A stretch of 43,705 nucleotides of DNA from Bacteroidales bacterium (GTDB lineage: Bacteria; Bacteroidota; Bacteroidia; Bacteroidales; WRLA01), in NCBI GenBank assembly GCA_028710155.1, contig JAQUSR010000002.1, forward strand, positions 1 through 43,705, written 5' to 3'. A program made the position numbers and the translations under genes. The notes beneath the pieces were generated by a model. It did not search any database and was not told where the DNA came from. It was given only the letters and a program-made list of their open reading frames with translations. Positions 17,098 to 26,976 of this stretch are shown piece by piece (within the stretch, counting starts at the first letter, position 1; each line of letters starts with the position of its first letter).

Positions 17098-19050
17098 ATG
17101 ATGATACATATAACGTTACCCGATGGTTCAATTCGCGAATACGAAAAAGGAATAAATTCGATGGATGTTGCTAAAAGTATTAGCGAAGGTTTAGCTCGTA
17201 ATGTGTTGGCTGCCAAAGCTGACGATAAAGTTATCGATGCTATGTTGCCCATCAACGAAGATTGTAATCTACAACTTTTAACATGGAACGACCCCGAAGG
17301 GAAAACCACTTTTTGGCACAGTTCCGCCCACTTGATGGCCGCTGCCATTCAAGATCTTTATCCCGATGCAAAATTCGGAATCGGTCCCGCCATTGAAACC
17401 GGTTTCTATTACGATATCGACTTTGGAACCACCAAAATCAGCGTTGAAGATCTGCCCGCCATCGAAAAAAAGATGGAGACATTGGTGCATGAAAAAGCTG
17501 CATTGGTGCGTAAAGAGGTCACCAAACAACAAGCTTTGGATTATTTTTCCGACAAAGGAGAAAAATATAAAATCGAACTCATCAATGACTTGGAAGACGG
17601 AACCATCTCTTTCTACGAATCAGGAAAATTTACAGATTTATGCCGCGGTCCACACTTACCCGATTTCAGTTTCATCAAAGCTTTCAAACTGACGGCTTTA
17701 GCCGGAGCTTATTGGCGTGGCGATGAAAAACGCGAACAGCTGACTCGTATTTATGGCGTTTCTTTCCCAAAAAAGAAAGAGTTGGACGAATATTTGGCAC
17801 TACTCGAAGAAGCCAAAAAACGCGACCACCGCAAATTGGGTAAAGAGTTGGAACTTTTCATGTTCAGTCAAAATGTAGGACAAGGTTTGCCCATGTGGTT
17901 ACCCAAAGGCACCGAACTACGCGAACGATTAGAAAACTTCCTGAAAAAAGTACAACGTGCCGCCGGCTACAAAATGGTGATGACACCACATATCGGCAAC
18001 ATCGAATTGTATAAAACCTCCGGACACTACTATAAATACGGACAAGACAGTTTCCAACCCATCAAAACACCGGTTGAAGGCGAAGAATATCTCTTAAAAC
18101 CAATGAATTGTCCTCACCACTGCGAAATTTACAGATATGCACCTCATTCTTACAAAGAATTGCCTGTACGTTTGGCAGAATTCGGCACCGTGTATCGCTA
18201 CGAACAAAGCGGCGAGTTGCATGGACTTACCCGCGTAAGATGTTTTACCCAAGACGATGCCCACATCTTTTGCACCCCTGACCAAGTGAAAGAAGAATTT
18301 AAAGGTGTAATGGATATTGTGATGCACATCTTTAAAGCGATGGATTTCAAAGAATATACTTGTCAAATTTCGTTACGCGACCCTAACAACAAAGAAAAAT
18401 ATATCGGATCGGAAGAAAATTGGCAAAAAGCCGAATCAGCCATCCGCGAAGTTGCCGAAGAACGTGGCTTGAACGCCATCGTAGAATTAGGCGAAGCCGC
18501 TTTCTACGGACCTAAAATGGACTTTATGGTTCGCGATGCTATCGGTCGTAAATGGCAATTAGGCACCATTCAAGTCGATTACAATTTGCCAGAACGTTTT
18601 GGTTTGGAATACATTGGAAGCGACAATCAAAAACATCGTCCGGTTATGATTCACCGCGCACCGTTTGGATCAATGGAACGCTTTGTAGCTGTTTTGTTGG
18701 AACATTGTGCCGGCAAATTTCCGCTGTGGCTCACCCCCGACCAAATGGTTATTCTGCCCATCAGCGAAAAATTTCACGACTATGCTCAAAAGGTGTTAGC
18801 CACTTTGCAAGAACAAGGCATTCGTGGCGAAATTGACCTTCGCAGCGAAAAAACCGGAAAGAAAATCCGTGATGCCGAATTGAAACGCATCCCGTTTATG
18901 TTAGTGGTTGGTGAAAAAGAGGAAGCCGATGAAACCGTTGCCGTTCGGCGACAAGGTGCCGGCGATTTGGGAACCATGTCCATCAACGCCTTTGCCGATA
19001 TGATCAATAAAGAGGTGAACAGCCTGATTGAGTTTAAAAAGAAATCATGA
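17098..19050 (+). CDS. thrS: Threonine--tRNA ligase
   Basis: TGS-domain N-terminus [11 protein letters not shown], editing-domain [10 protein letters not shown], class II catalytic core ([23 protein letters not shown]), and an anticodon-binding C-terminus. Confidence 0.95.
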   Translation: MMIHITLPDGSIREYEKGINSMDVAKSISEGLARNVLAAKADDKVIDAMLPINEDCNLQLLTWNDPEGKTTFWHSSAHLMAAAIQDLYPDAKFGIGPAIETGFYYDIDFGTTKISVEDLPAIEKKMETLVHEKAALVRKEVTKQQALDYFSDKGEKYKIELINDLEDGTISFYESGKFTDLCRGPHLPDFSFIKAFKLTALAGAYWRGDEKREQLTRIYGVSFPKKKELDEYLALLEEAKKRDHRKLGKELELFMFSQNVGQGLPMWLPKGTELRERLENFLKKVQRAAGYKMVMTPHIGNIELYKTSGHYYKYGQDSFQPIKTPVEGEEYLLKPMNCPHHCEIYRYAPHSYKELPVRLAEFGTVYRYEQSGELHGLTRVRCFTQDDAHIFCTPDQVKEEFKGVMDIVMHIFKAMDFKEYTCQISLRDPNNKEKYIGSEENWQKAESAIREVAEERGLNAIVELGEAAFYGPKMDFMVRDAIGRKWQLGTIQVDYNLPERFGLEYIGSDNQKHRPVMIHRAPFGSMERFVAVLLEHCAGKFPLWLTPDQMVILPISEKFHDYAQKVLATLQEQGIRGEIDLRSEKTGKKIRDAELKRIPFMLVVGEKEEADETVAVRRQGAGDLGTMSINAFADMINKEVNSLIEFKKKS

Positions 19051-19170
19051 AATTGACGAAACAACAAAGTAATTATTAACATCTTTCAAAAAAATCTTTA
19101 CCAATTAATTCGTTGAAAAGTCAATTCAAAATACAAAAAAAGAAAGAGTATTCATTAAAAAGTAAAAAAC

Positions 19171-19758
19171 TTGCCAGTTCCTTTTAAGAAACCCATGCCG
19201 CCACGTCCGGCGAATAATAATGCCGGTCCTAGAAGAGGGGCACCCAAAAGAGAAGATCCACATAGGATCAACGGAAGAATCACAGCACCAATGGTGCGCG
19301 TTGTTGGTGAAGGCATTGAGCCTACCATTTGCAGCGTCAAAGAAGCCATTCAAATGGCTGATGAACAAGGTTTGGATTTGGTGGAGATCTCTCCAACGGC
19401 CAATCCGCCCGTGTGTAAAATATTAGATTACAAAAAGTTTTTGTTCGAGTTAAAACAAAAACAAAAAGAGATGAAAGCCAAAGCCGCAAAAGTGGTGGTA
19501 AAAGAAATTCGCCTCGGACCTAATGTTGATGAACACGATTTTAACTTTAAACTTAAACATGCCAAAGAATTTTTGGAAGATGGTTGCAAAGTGCGTGTTG
19601 AGGTGTTTTTCAAAGGCAGAATGATTGTGTATAAAGAACGTGGCGAGATTAAATTGTTGCAGTTTGCCCAAGAATTAGAAGAATTTGGAAAAGTGGAATC
19701 GATGCCTAAATTAGAAGGCAAACGAATGATTATGATTTTAGTCCCTAAGAAAAAATAG
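19171..19758 (+). CDS. infC: Translation initiation factor IF-3
   Basis: [18 protein letters not shown]...[23 protein letters not shown] and a C-terminal domain [18 protein letters not shown]. The start is uncertain: TTG at 19171 or in-frame ATG at 19195. Confidence 0.9.
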   Translation: MPVPFKKPMPPRPANNNAGPRRGAPKREDPHRINGRITAPMVRVVGEGIEPTICSVKEAIQMADEQGLDLVEISPTANPPVCKILDYKKFLFELKQKQKEMKAKAAKVVVKEIRLGPNVDEHDFNFKLKHAKEFLEDGCKVRVEVFFKGRMIVYKERGEIKLLQFAQELEEFGKVESMPKLEGKRMIMILVPKKK

Positions 19759-19934
19759 TTAATCTTTTTTGGTTTTTTTGAAAAAATTCCAACAACAAAG
19801 GTTGGAACAAAGTTTTTTCATCCAAGAAAAATATTTTTTACGACATATAATATTTATCAAAAAACATCGTTTTTAAACATTTTGAATAAAAAGAACTTTT
19901 AAGTTATTTATAATTAATAAAAAAGGAGAAGAAG

Positions 19935-20129
19935 ATGCCTAAAATGAAAACTAAAGCCAGCGCGAAAAAAAGATTTACGCTGACAGGAACAGGCAAAATC
20001 AAGAGGAGACATGCTTACAAAAGCCACATCTTGACGAAAAAAACCACCAAAAGAAAACGTAATTTAGGTTATGTTTCCATCGTGGACAAAGCAGATGTCA
20101 AACGTGTAAAAGACATGTTGAATCTTTAG
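19935..20129 (+). CDS. rpmI: 50S ribosomal protein L35
   Basis: [14 protein letters not shown]..., 64 aa. GGAG lies 6 nt upstream of the ATG. Confidence 0.95.
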   Translation: MPKMKTKASAKKRFTLTGTGKIKRRHAYKSHILTKKTTKRKRNLGYVSIVDKADVKRVKDMLNL

Positions 20130-20212
20130 AAAATTAATTTATTGTCTAACTGCTCGTTAGCAGAACAAGTGTTCAAACAAGTGAACCGCTAACAGCAAAA
20201 AATTGTTTAATT

Positions 20213-20557
20213 ATGCCAAGATCAGTAAATGCAGTAGCATCAAGAAACAGGAGACGTAAACTCCTGAAGGCAGTAAAAGGTCAATTCGGCCGTAGAAAAA
20301 ACGTCTGGACGGTTGCTAAAAACGCGTGGGACAAAGGTCAACAATTCGCGTACCGTGACAGAAAAACGAAGAAGGGAAATTTCAGAGCCTTGTGGATCGC
20401 CCGTATCAATGCAGGCGTTCGTCAGTACGGTATGTCTTACTCTCAATTTATGGGAGCTTTGAACAAAGCCGGAATCAACATCAATCGAAAAGCTCTGGCA
20501 GACCTCGCTTTAAACAATCCCGATGCTTTCAAAGCTATCGTGGAAAAAGTGAAATAG
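20213..20557 (+). CDS. rplT: 50S ribosomal protein L20
   Basis: [26 protein letters not shown]...ALWIARINA, 114 aa. Confidence 0.95.
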   Translation: MPRSVNAVASRNRRRKLLKAVKGQFGRRKNVWTVAKNAWDKGQQFAYRDRKTKKGNFRALWIARINAGVRQYGMSYSQFMGALNKAGININRKALADLALNNPDAFKAIVEKVK

Positions 20558-20588
20558 GAAGATCATTCCCCGTTTCTAACATGAAAAA

Positions 20589-20615
20589 AAGCCGCCTCTG
20601 AGCGGCTTTTTTTTT
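20589..20615 (+). terminator. Rho-independent terminator after rplT
   Basis: Stem aagccgc / gcggctt with a 6-nt loop, followed by a 9-T run. Confidence 0.85.
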
Positions 20616-20647
20616 GGCTTAAAAAGCCATTTTTCTCATAAAAAATC

Positions 20648-20655
20648 TACCTTTG
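20648..20655 (+). promoter_or_regulatory. -7 box TAccTTTG for ychF
   Basis: atcTACCTTTGCACACC, 24 nt upstream of the ATG at 20679. Confidence 0.6.
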
Positions 20656-20678
20656 CACACCTAAAATTATTAAACATC

Positions 20679-21776
20679 ATGGCTTTAAATTGTGGAATTG
20701 TTGGATTGACTAACATTGGAAAAACAACCATATTTAACTGTATATCAAAAACAAAAGCGGAGGCTTCAGCATTTGCTTTCAGTGCAACAAAATCAAATAT
20801 CGGCATGGTGGATGTTCCTGATCCGCGATTGTATGCCATTGATCATCTTGTGCATTCCGCAAAAGTAGTTCCGGCTACTATGGAAATTGTCGATTTGCCC
20901 GGTTTGGCAAAAGGTGCCAATAAAGGTGAAGGCGTTGGTAACAAATTTTTGGACGACATTCAAAAAACCAATGCCATCATTCATGTTTTGCGCTGTTTTG
21001 ATGATCCGAATTTGGCTCATGTCGAAGGCTCTATTGATCCTGTCCGTGATAAAGAAATCATCGATTTGGAGCTTCAAGTACGCGATTTGGATTTGGTAGA
21101 ACGCAAATTACAACGGGTCGAAAAGTTAGTGAAAGTAGGCGAAAAAGGAGCAAAAGTGCAATACGACTTTTTCTTTCGGCTAAAAGAACATCTCGAAAAT
21201 TTTGCCAACGCACGCGACATGGAAATTAACGAAACGGAAGAAGAATGGGTGAAAGAACTCTTTTTGTTGACCATGAAACCGGTGATTTACGTTTGTAATG
21301 TGGATGATGCATCGGCTGTTACGGGAAATAAATATTCAGAACGTTTTCAAGAAAGTGTCAAAAACGAGCAAAGCGAAGTGATTGTTATTGCCGGAAAATT
21401 AGAAGCCGATATTTCGGAATTGGACAACGAAGAGGACCGTAACGCATTTTTGGAAGATGCAGGGTTAAAAGAGCCGGGCGTTAACCGTATGATTCGCAGT
21501 GCATACAACGTTTTATCGCTGCAAGCATTTTTTACAGCCGGACCAAAAGAAGTTCGTGCTTGGACCATCAAAAAAGGGACAACGGCACCGGTTGCGGCAG
21601 GCACCATTCATAGCGACATTGAACGTGGATTTATTCGCGCCGAGGTCATCTCTTGCGATGATTATCTAAAATACGGATCAGAAGCCGCCGTCAAAGAAGC
21701 CGGAAAATTTCGCTTGGAAGGAAAAACCTACATTGTTCAAGATGGCGATATTTTAAATATTCGGTTTAACGTTTAA
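20679..21776 (+). CDS. ychF: Ribosome-binding / redox-regulated ATPase YchF
   Basis: P-loop [24 protein letters not shown], and a C-terminal TGS-like domain ([31 protein letters not shown]). 365 aa. Confidence 0.95.
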   Translation: MALNCGIVGLTNIGKTTIFNCISKTKAEASAFAFSATKSNIGMVDVPDPRLYAIDHLVHSAKVVPATMEIVDLPGLAKGANKGEGVGNKFLDDIQKTNAIIHVLRCFDDPNLAHVEGSIDPVRDKEIIDLELQVRDLDLVERKLQRVEKLVKVGEKGAKVQYDFFFRLKEHLENFANARDMEINETEEEWVKELFLLTMKPVIYVCNVDDASAVTGNKYSERFQESVKNEQSEVIVIAGKLEADISELDNEEDRNAFLEDAGLKEPGVNRMIRSAYNVLSLQAFFTAGPKEVRAWTIKKGTTAPVAAGTIHSDIERGFIRAEVISCDDYLKYGSEAAVKEAGKFRLEGKTYIVQDGDILNIRFNV

Positions 21777-21799
21777 CACATTTTGAGATCATAAAAAAC

Positions 21800-23167
21800 A
21801 TGGCACAATCAACAGCATCCATTCCAAAAGGCACTCGCGATTTCTCTCCGATAGAGATGAATAAACGTAATTATATATTCGACATCTTAAAATCAACTTT
21901 CAAACTTTTTGGTTACGAGCAGATTGAAACTCCTTCAATGGAAAATCTTTCAACCCTGACCGGAAAATATGGTGAAGAAGGCGATAAATTGTTGTTCAAA
22001 ATTTTGAATTCCGGCGATTTTTTAAAAGGTGTACCAAATGTTGATTTAGAAAATACTAACCCAAACATTATTGCCGCTAAATTGTGCGAAAAAGGATTGC
22101 GCTACGATTTAACCGTTCCGTTTGCCCGTTTTGTCGTTCAACATCAAAACGTAATTTCGTTTCCGTTTAAAAGATTTCAAATTCAACCGGTTTGGCGTGC
22201 CGATCGTCCACAAAAAGGACGTTATCGCGAGTTTTATCAATGCGATGTCGATGTGATTGGAAGCGATGGTTTGCTCAACGAAGCTGAGTTGGTGCAAATT
22301 GTAGAGATGGTCTTCAACAAATTGAATATCAATGTGGTTATCAAAATCAACAACAGAAAAATTTTGAGTGGCATAGCTGAAATTTTAGATGAAACAGAAA
22401 AAATTATCGACATCACCATTGCCATCGATAAATTGGATAAAATTGGCATCGATGGTGTTTGTAAAGAGTTGGAAGAAAAAGGATTAACTACAGAAAAAAT
22501 CGAAAAACTCAAACCTATTTTGTTTTTATCGGGGACAACAGACGAAAAATTACATCAAATTGAACAGGTTTTATCCGAATCTGCCATCGGATTAAAAGGA
22601 ATTGAAGAGTTGCGTGTAGTTTTCAACTACCTAAAAACCATGAATATAAAGATTCCATACGAATTGGATTTGACGCTGGCACGCGGATTAAACTACTACA
22701 CAGGTGCTATTTTTGAAGTGAAAGCAGCCGACGCCGAGATGGGATCAATTTGTGGAGGCGGCAGATATGATAACCTGACCGGAATTTTCGGACTGAAAGA
22801 TATTTCAGGAGTTGGAATTTCGTTTGGAGCTGAACGAATTTATGATGTTATGGAAACATTAAATCTCTTTCCGACAGCCATTTCAGGATCTACAAAAGTC
22901 TTATTTGTAAATTTCGGAGAAAAAGAGGCAACATGGTGTTTACCTTATATCGCACAATTACGACAAGCCGGCATTACGGCAGAAATTTATCCCACAGCAG
23001 GGAAAATGAAAAAACAATTGAGCTATGCTGATAACAAAAAAATCAGCAAAGTGGTTTTAGTGGGCGATGATGAAATGAATCATCACCAATTTACGGTGAA
23101 AAACATGATCACCGGCGAACAAGAAAAACTTGATTTTGCATCGTTAAAAACAATGCTGGAATCATAG
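21800..23167 (+). CDS. hisS: Histidine--tRNA ligase
   Basis: Class II motifs: [29 protein letters not shown]. An anticodon-binding C-terminal domain. 455 aa. Confidence 0.95.
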   Translation: MAQSTASIPKGTRDFSPIEMNKRNYIFDILKSTFKLFGYEQIETPSMENLSTLTGKYGEEGDKLLFKILNSGDFLKGVPNVDLENTNPNIIAAKLCEKGLRYDLTVPFARFVVQHQNVISFPFKRFQIQPVWRADRPQKGRYREFYQCDVDVIGSDGLLNEAELVQIVEMVFNKLNINVVIKINNRKILSGIAEILDETEKIIDITIAIDKLDKIGIDGVCKELEEKGLTTEKIEKLKPILFLSGTTDEKLHQIEQVLSESAIGLKGIEELRVVFNYLKTMNIKIPYELDLTLARGLNYYTGAIFEVKAADAEMGSICGGGRYDNLTGIFGLKDISGVGISFGAERIYDVMETLNLFPTAISGSTKVLFVNFGEKEATWCLPYIAQLRQAGITAEIYPTAGKMKKQLSYADNKKISKVVLVGDDEMNHHQFTVKNMITGEQEKLDFASLKTMLES

Positions 23168-23188
23168 ATAAATCTGTTTAACAGAAAA

Positions 23189-24415
23189 TTACGATTCTTT
23201 GGCGTAAAACAAACACGCATCGCCATAGCTTAAAAAACGAAAATCGTGTTGTAAAGCAAAACGATATGCCTCTTTCCAACCATCGCCAATAAAAGCAGAA
23301 ACCAACAAAAGCAAAGTGCTTTTGGGTTGGTGAAAGTTGGTAATCAATGTATCACACATTTTGAATTCGTAACCGGGAACAATCATCAAACCGGTAGTTC
23401 CATACAATTCTTCCGTATCTTCTTGTTCCATAAAACGCAATACTGCTGAAAGACTTTCGCGTACCGAAATATTTTGTTGATATTTTTCTTGATATGGATC
23501 CCATTGATTGATAACAAATTCTGTCGTTGATTCTGGTTCTAACAATAATTTAACCCCCAACCAATACAAACTTTCTAACGTTCTGACAGTGGTAGTTCCA
23601 ACGGCAACTATTCGTCCGGAAACAGGCTGTAACAAAGAGCGAATTGTTTTTTCGGAAATCTGAATCTTTTCGATGTGCATCACATGTTCCACGACATTGT
23701 CGGTTGAAACAGGTTTAAACGTTCCCGCTCCTGTATGCAATACCAATTTTTGTATATCTATATGATTATCGTTCAGCTTTTTAAAAACGTCTTCTGTAAA
23801 ATGTAATCCCGCTGTAGGAGCTGCAACCGACCCTTCTTCTTTAGCAAAAACGGTTTGATAGCGAGTTTTATCAGACGTTTCAGCTTCACGATGAATGTAC
23901 GGCGGCAAAGGCACATTGCCACAAATTTCTATAATTTCGGAAAATGATAATTTTTCGGGCTGCCACGAAAATCGGACAATGAAAGTTTCGTTTTGTTTTT
24001 CAATCAATTCGGCAAAAAGTTCCGTTTTTTCATCAGGCGATTTCCAATAGATTTTGCCCGATTTCCAACGTCGTGCATTGCCTACAAAACATTTCCAAAC
24101 ACAACTTTTATGTTGCTGAAACGAGAGTTGAACATCAGAAGGTTCGACAGGCTCAAGACAAAAAACCTCTATTAAGGCACCCGATTCTTTTTTAAAAAAC
24201 AGACGTGCGGGAAACACACGTGTTTCATTGCAAATCAACCGACTATCTTTGGGAAGAAGATTAGGAAGATTGCGAAAGACCCGCTCACTGACGAAGCCGT
24301 CTTTCCAAATTAATAATTTCGAGGAGTCGCGCGGAGTAACGGGATACTCCGCTATTCGCTCCGGAGGCAAATCATAATCGAATTCTTCGATTTGTAATGT
24401 GGATATTGGTGTCAT
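23189..24415 (-). CDS. queA: S-adenosylmethionine:tRNA ribosyltransferase-isomerase
   Basis: FDYDLPPERIAEYP, VAAPTAGLHFT, VGTTTVRTLES, TNFHQPKSTLLLLVSAF, LSYGDA. At 408 aa it is longer than the ~350-aa E. coli enzyme, apparently through an insertion between VRTLES and IVPGYEF. Confidence 0.9.
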   Translation of the reverse strand: MTPISTLQIEEFDYDLPPERIAEYPVTPRDSSKLLIWKDGFVSERVFRNLPNLLPKDSRLICNETRVFPARLFFKKESGALIEVFCLEPVEPSDVQLSFQQHKSCVWKCFVGNARRWKSGKIYWKSPDEKTELFAELIEKQNETFIVRFSWQPEKLSFSEIIEICGNVPLPPYIHREAETSDKTRYQTVFAKEEGSVAAPTAGLHFTEDVFKKLNDNHIDIQKLVLHTGAGTFKPVSTDNVVEHVMHIEKIQISEKTIRSLLQPVSGRIVAVGTTTVRTLESLYWLGVKLLLEPESTTEFVINQWDPYQEKYQQNISVRESLSAVLRFMEQEDTEELYGTTGLMIVPGYEFKMCDTLITNFHQPKSTLLLLVSAFIGDGWKEAYRFALQHDFRFLSYGDACLFYAKES

Positions 24416-24451
24416 ATTACATGGGACACAACAAGTTGTGTCAAATAAATT

Positions 24452-25147
24452 TTAATGATTTAATAGAGAATAAATAATGGAAATAAGCACATATAAAACA
24501 ATGATCATCGGCAAGGCGGTGAATTGAAATAAAAGTATCAATATCAACGACAAAGCAATAAAAATATAGCGTGCTTTATTATCTTGAAAACGCCAAGTTT
24601 TGAATTTCATTGCCAACAAAGGCAATTCTGAAACCATCAAAAATGACCCGACGATGATACATCCCATCAACGAAAAAGGATTGTGCATAAAATTGAAAAA
24701 CAATCCGTTGTACAAATTTTCATTCAATAATGGTACAGAAATCAAAAATAGCGCATTGGCCGGCACGGGAAGTCCGAAAAACCGGTCGCTTTGCCGTTCA
24801 TCAATATTGAACTTGGCTAACCGCAAAGCTGAAAAAATAGGAGTTATTAATGCAATATAAGGCAAATAGCTGCACTCGATTTGCGTATTATTTTTTAGAA
24901 TGGAAAAGATGATAAAAGCCGGTGCAACGCCAAAAGTAACAACATCGCATAAAGAATCGAGCTGTTTTCCAAAAGGTGAAGCAACATGAAGTAACCGTGC
25001 TACAAAACCATCAATGAAATCGAAAAAAGCACCGCCGATGACCAAAACCGCTGCCCATTTTAAATTGCCTTGCATCGTCATTGCAATCGATAAAACGCCG
25101 CAAAGGATGTTCAATGAGGTGACAAAATTGGGTATATGTTTTTTCAT
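24452..25147 (-). CDS. pssA: CDP-diacylglycerol--serine O-phosphatidyltransferase
   Basis: CDP-alcohol phosphatidyltransferase motif DGFVARLLHVASPFGKQLDSLCD. Multi-TM. Start at MKKHIPN (25147) preferred over 25162. Confidence 0.85.
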   Translation of the reverse strand: MKKHIPNFVTSLNILCGVLSIAMTMQGNLKWAAVLVIGGAFFDFIDGFVARLLHVASPFGKQLDSLCDVVTFGVAPAFIIFSILKNNTQIECSYLPYIALITPIFSALRLAKFNIDERQSDRFFGLPVPANALFLISVPLLNENLYNGLFFNFMHNPFSLMGCIIVGSFLMVSELPLLAMKFKTWRFQDNKARYIFIALSLILILLFQFTALPMIIVLYVLISIIYSLLNH

Positions 25148-25199
25148 CTTTATGATATACAATATATTAAATCAATAATATTGTCCTTACATTTTTTTG

Positions 25200-25207
25200 C
25201 AAATGTA
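25200..25207 (-). promoter_or_regulatory. -7 box TAcaTTTG (minus strand) for pssA-queA
   Basis: Plus-strand caaatgta, ~53 nt upstream of the pssA start. Confidence 0.45.
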
Positions 25208-25553
25208 TTCTAAAAAATTGAAAATTAAACATTTTTTAAAGAATACCCAATTAATTATTTACTTTACAAATTGATCATCAAACAATAATTGCGCTTTGAT
25301 TGATAACAACCTATTCTATTGAATATATTTCAAACAAAAATATTGATCATTGACATCGACGCTTTGTGTCAATAGCATTTTAAAGGCAATTTTCATTCAA
25401 CCATTCATTATTAGATTTGCAGAATCAACGATTATTATTATCGTTTTTTCTCATAACAATGCCAATAATATACTTCTCGCTTTGTTTTAAAATTATACTC
25501 TTGTGCCCTGAAAACAAATAGGTGAATATTTTTTATAACTATCACATAAAAAA

Positions 25554-26087
25554 ATCTAATCTACATTAATTTCGGTGTTTCATAAAGACTGAATTGCCGA
25601 AATTGCTCAAAAGTTAGCAGCATTGAATGTTACCATCTTATATCAATCTGTGGCACATTTGATTACATAAAAAATTTGAATATTCAAGGTTTAAACCTGC
25701 AAACCGTTGAAAGTCTGACCTCCTATCTTTCAATTTTGGGCGGTCGTGTAAAAACATTACATTTTTAAAATTTTGGTGAAACATACAAAATCTTCACCAT
25801 CGTTCTGACGTAAAATCGGCAACTTTTGGCAAGCGGTACAGGACAAACAAGTCGCGTTGATGCTTTGACACAAGCTATTGCCAAAGCACAATCGTTTGGT
25901 TTTGATTTAAACGGTGCGGTGATGGCTTCTGATACATTTTTCCGATTGTATTGAAATTGCTCATCACGCAGGTATCAACACTGTCATTCAACTCGGTGGT
26001 TCTATCCGTGACAACGATGTTATCGATTATTGCAACGAACACGCTATCTCGATGATTGTTACCGGAATGCGGTACTTTCGTCATTAA
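25554..26087 (+). pseudogene. purH: Eroded purH (AICAR transformylase / IMP cyclohydrolase) relic
   Basis: N-terminal piece: I*STLISVFHKD*IAEIAQKLAALNVTILY, then a frameshift, then GTFDYIKNLNIQGLNLQTVESLTSYLSILGGRVKTLHF* (GGRVKTLHP motif). C-terminal piece: [43 protein letters not shown], then a +1 shift, then [47 protein letters not shown]. The central part of the gene is absent. Confidence 0.8.
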
Positions 26088-26110
26088 ATTTGCGAAATGT
26101 AATATCCAAT

Positions 26111-26139
26111 AAAAAAAAGCCCTTGTAGGGCTTTTTTTT
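26111..26139. terminator. Bidirectional intrinsic terminator shared by the purH relic (+) and tRNA-Met (-)
   Basis: aaaaaaaAGCCCTtgtAGGGCTtttttttt: a 6-bp GC-rich stem flanked by an A-run and a T-run. Confidence 0.8.
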
Positions 26140-26146
26140 ATTGGAG

Positions 26147-26220
26147 TAGCGAGGGCGAGAATTGAACTCGCGACCTCCGGGTTATGAATCCGACGCTCTA
26201 ACCTGCTGAGCTACCTCGCC
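26147..26220 (-). tRNA. tRNA with CAT anticodon (elongator tRNA-Met, or tRNA-Ile2 if lysidine-modified); no encoded CCA
   Basis: The reverse complement folds as GGCGAGG TA GCTC AGCAGGTTA GAGC G TCGGA TTCATAA CCCGG AGGTC GCGAG TTCAATT CTCGC CCTCGCT A (74 nt). It has a G1-U72 wobble (not the C1xA72 of initiators) and an A31-C39 mismatch. Confidence 0.85.
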
Positions 26221-26234
26221 GTTTTTTGAGGGTG

Positions 26235-26242
26235 CAAAGGTA
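26235..26242 (-). promoter_or_regulatory. -7 box TAccTTTG (minus strand) for the tRNA-CAT gene
   Basis: Plus-strand gggtgCAAAGGTAc, 15 nt upstream of the tRNA 5' end. Confidence 0.65.
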
Positions 26243-26315
26243 CAATTTTTGAAATCAATTACAAAATTTTTGATTTATTTTTCTACAATTACTTATTTAT
26301 TTGATATTCTAATAA

Positions 26316-26933
26316 TTACGCTTTACGTTTTAATTGATGATTGATGCGAGCAGCCAATAATTCAATCGCAACCATATTGTTTCCGCCTTGCGGCACAATG
26401 ATATCCGCATATCTTTTGGTGGGTTCAATAAACTGCAAATGCATCGTTTTTACATATAAACTATAATGTTGTAAGGCTTGTTCGTAATTGCGACCTCTTT
26501 CAATAATATCTCGTCGAATAATTCGCATCAAACGATCGTCCGGATCTGCATCAACAAACACTTTGATATCCAACAAATTGCGTAAAGAAGAATCTGTCAA
26601 CACTAAAATACCTTCTACAATTAACACTTCGCGTGGTTGCACAGTTATGGTTTCTTTGGAACGGGCACACGTAACATACGAATAAATCGGCTCTTCTATA
26701 CTTTGACCACGTTTTAATGCTTCTATATGTTGAACAATCAGCGGGAACTCAAAAGATTCAGGATGATCGAAATTAATTTTTCGTTTTTCTTCTTTGGAAA
26801 GATTTCCGTTGTCTTTATAATAAGAATCCAACGATAATTTTGCTACCGAGTTGGCCGGTAACAATTCCATGATTTTGCTGACAACTGTAGTTTTACCACA
26901 GCCTGATCCTCCGGCTATTCCAATGATTAACAT
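26316..26933 (-). CDS. udk: Uridine kinase
   Basis: P-loop GIAGGSGCGKTT, NFDHPESFEF, and RRDIIERGR of uridine/cytidine kinases. 205 aa. Confidence 0.9.
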   Translation of the reverse strand: MLIIGIAGGSGCGKTTVVSKIMELLPANSVAKLSLDSYYKDNGNLSKEEKRKINFDHPESFEFPLIVQHIEALKRGQSIEEPIYSYVTCARSKETITVQPREVLIVEGILVLTDSSLRNLLDIKVFVDADPDDRLMRIIRRDIIERGRNYEQALQHYSLYVKTMHLQFIEPTKRYADIIVPQGGNNMVAIELLAARINHQLKRKA

Positions 26934-26976
26934 TATAGAAAAAGGTTAAAAATATTATTATTAAAATTTCCGTTTT

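Noticed and set aside
17034-17348. 104-aa minus-strand ORF, and the 17074 start for thrS.
   Set aside because: The minus ORF is antisense to the thrS 5' end and promoter. The 17074 ATG sits within the thrS -7 box (17069-17076), so it would lie upstream of the transcription start.
19787-19818. Hairpin after infC as a simple intrinsic terminator.
   Set aside because: The T-run is separated from the stem by 5 nt (caaag), which is non-canonical. I kept it only as part of the possible regulatory-leader finding.
23189-24415. The unusually long QueA (408 aa) as a novel fusion.
   Set aside because: The extra length appears to be one internal insertion between conserved blocks (VRTLES ... IVPGYEF), with all catalytic blocks intact. 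It is likely a lineage-specific insertion and not a new domain fusion. I could not verify this without alignments.
24425-24442. Perfect 8-bp palindrome gacacaac-aa-gttgtgtc between pssA and queA, as a possible terminator.
   Set aside because: The loop is only 2 nt and no U-tract follows on the minus strand. It is more likely incidental or a minor processing or stability element, and pssA-queA are probably co-transcribed.
25875-26084. 69-aa minus-strand ORF.
   Set aside because: It is antisense to the clearly recognisable PurH C-terminal remnant on the plus strand. It has no promoter box and no recognisable motifs.
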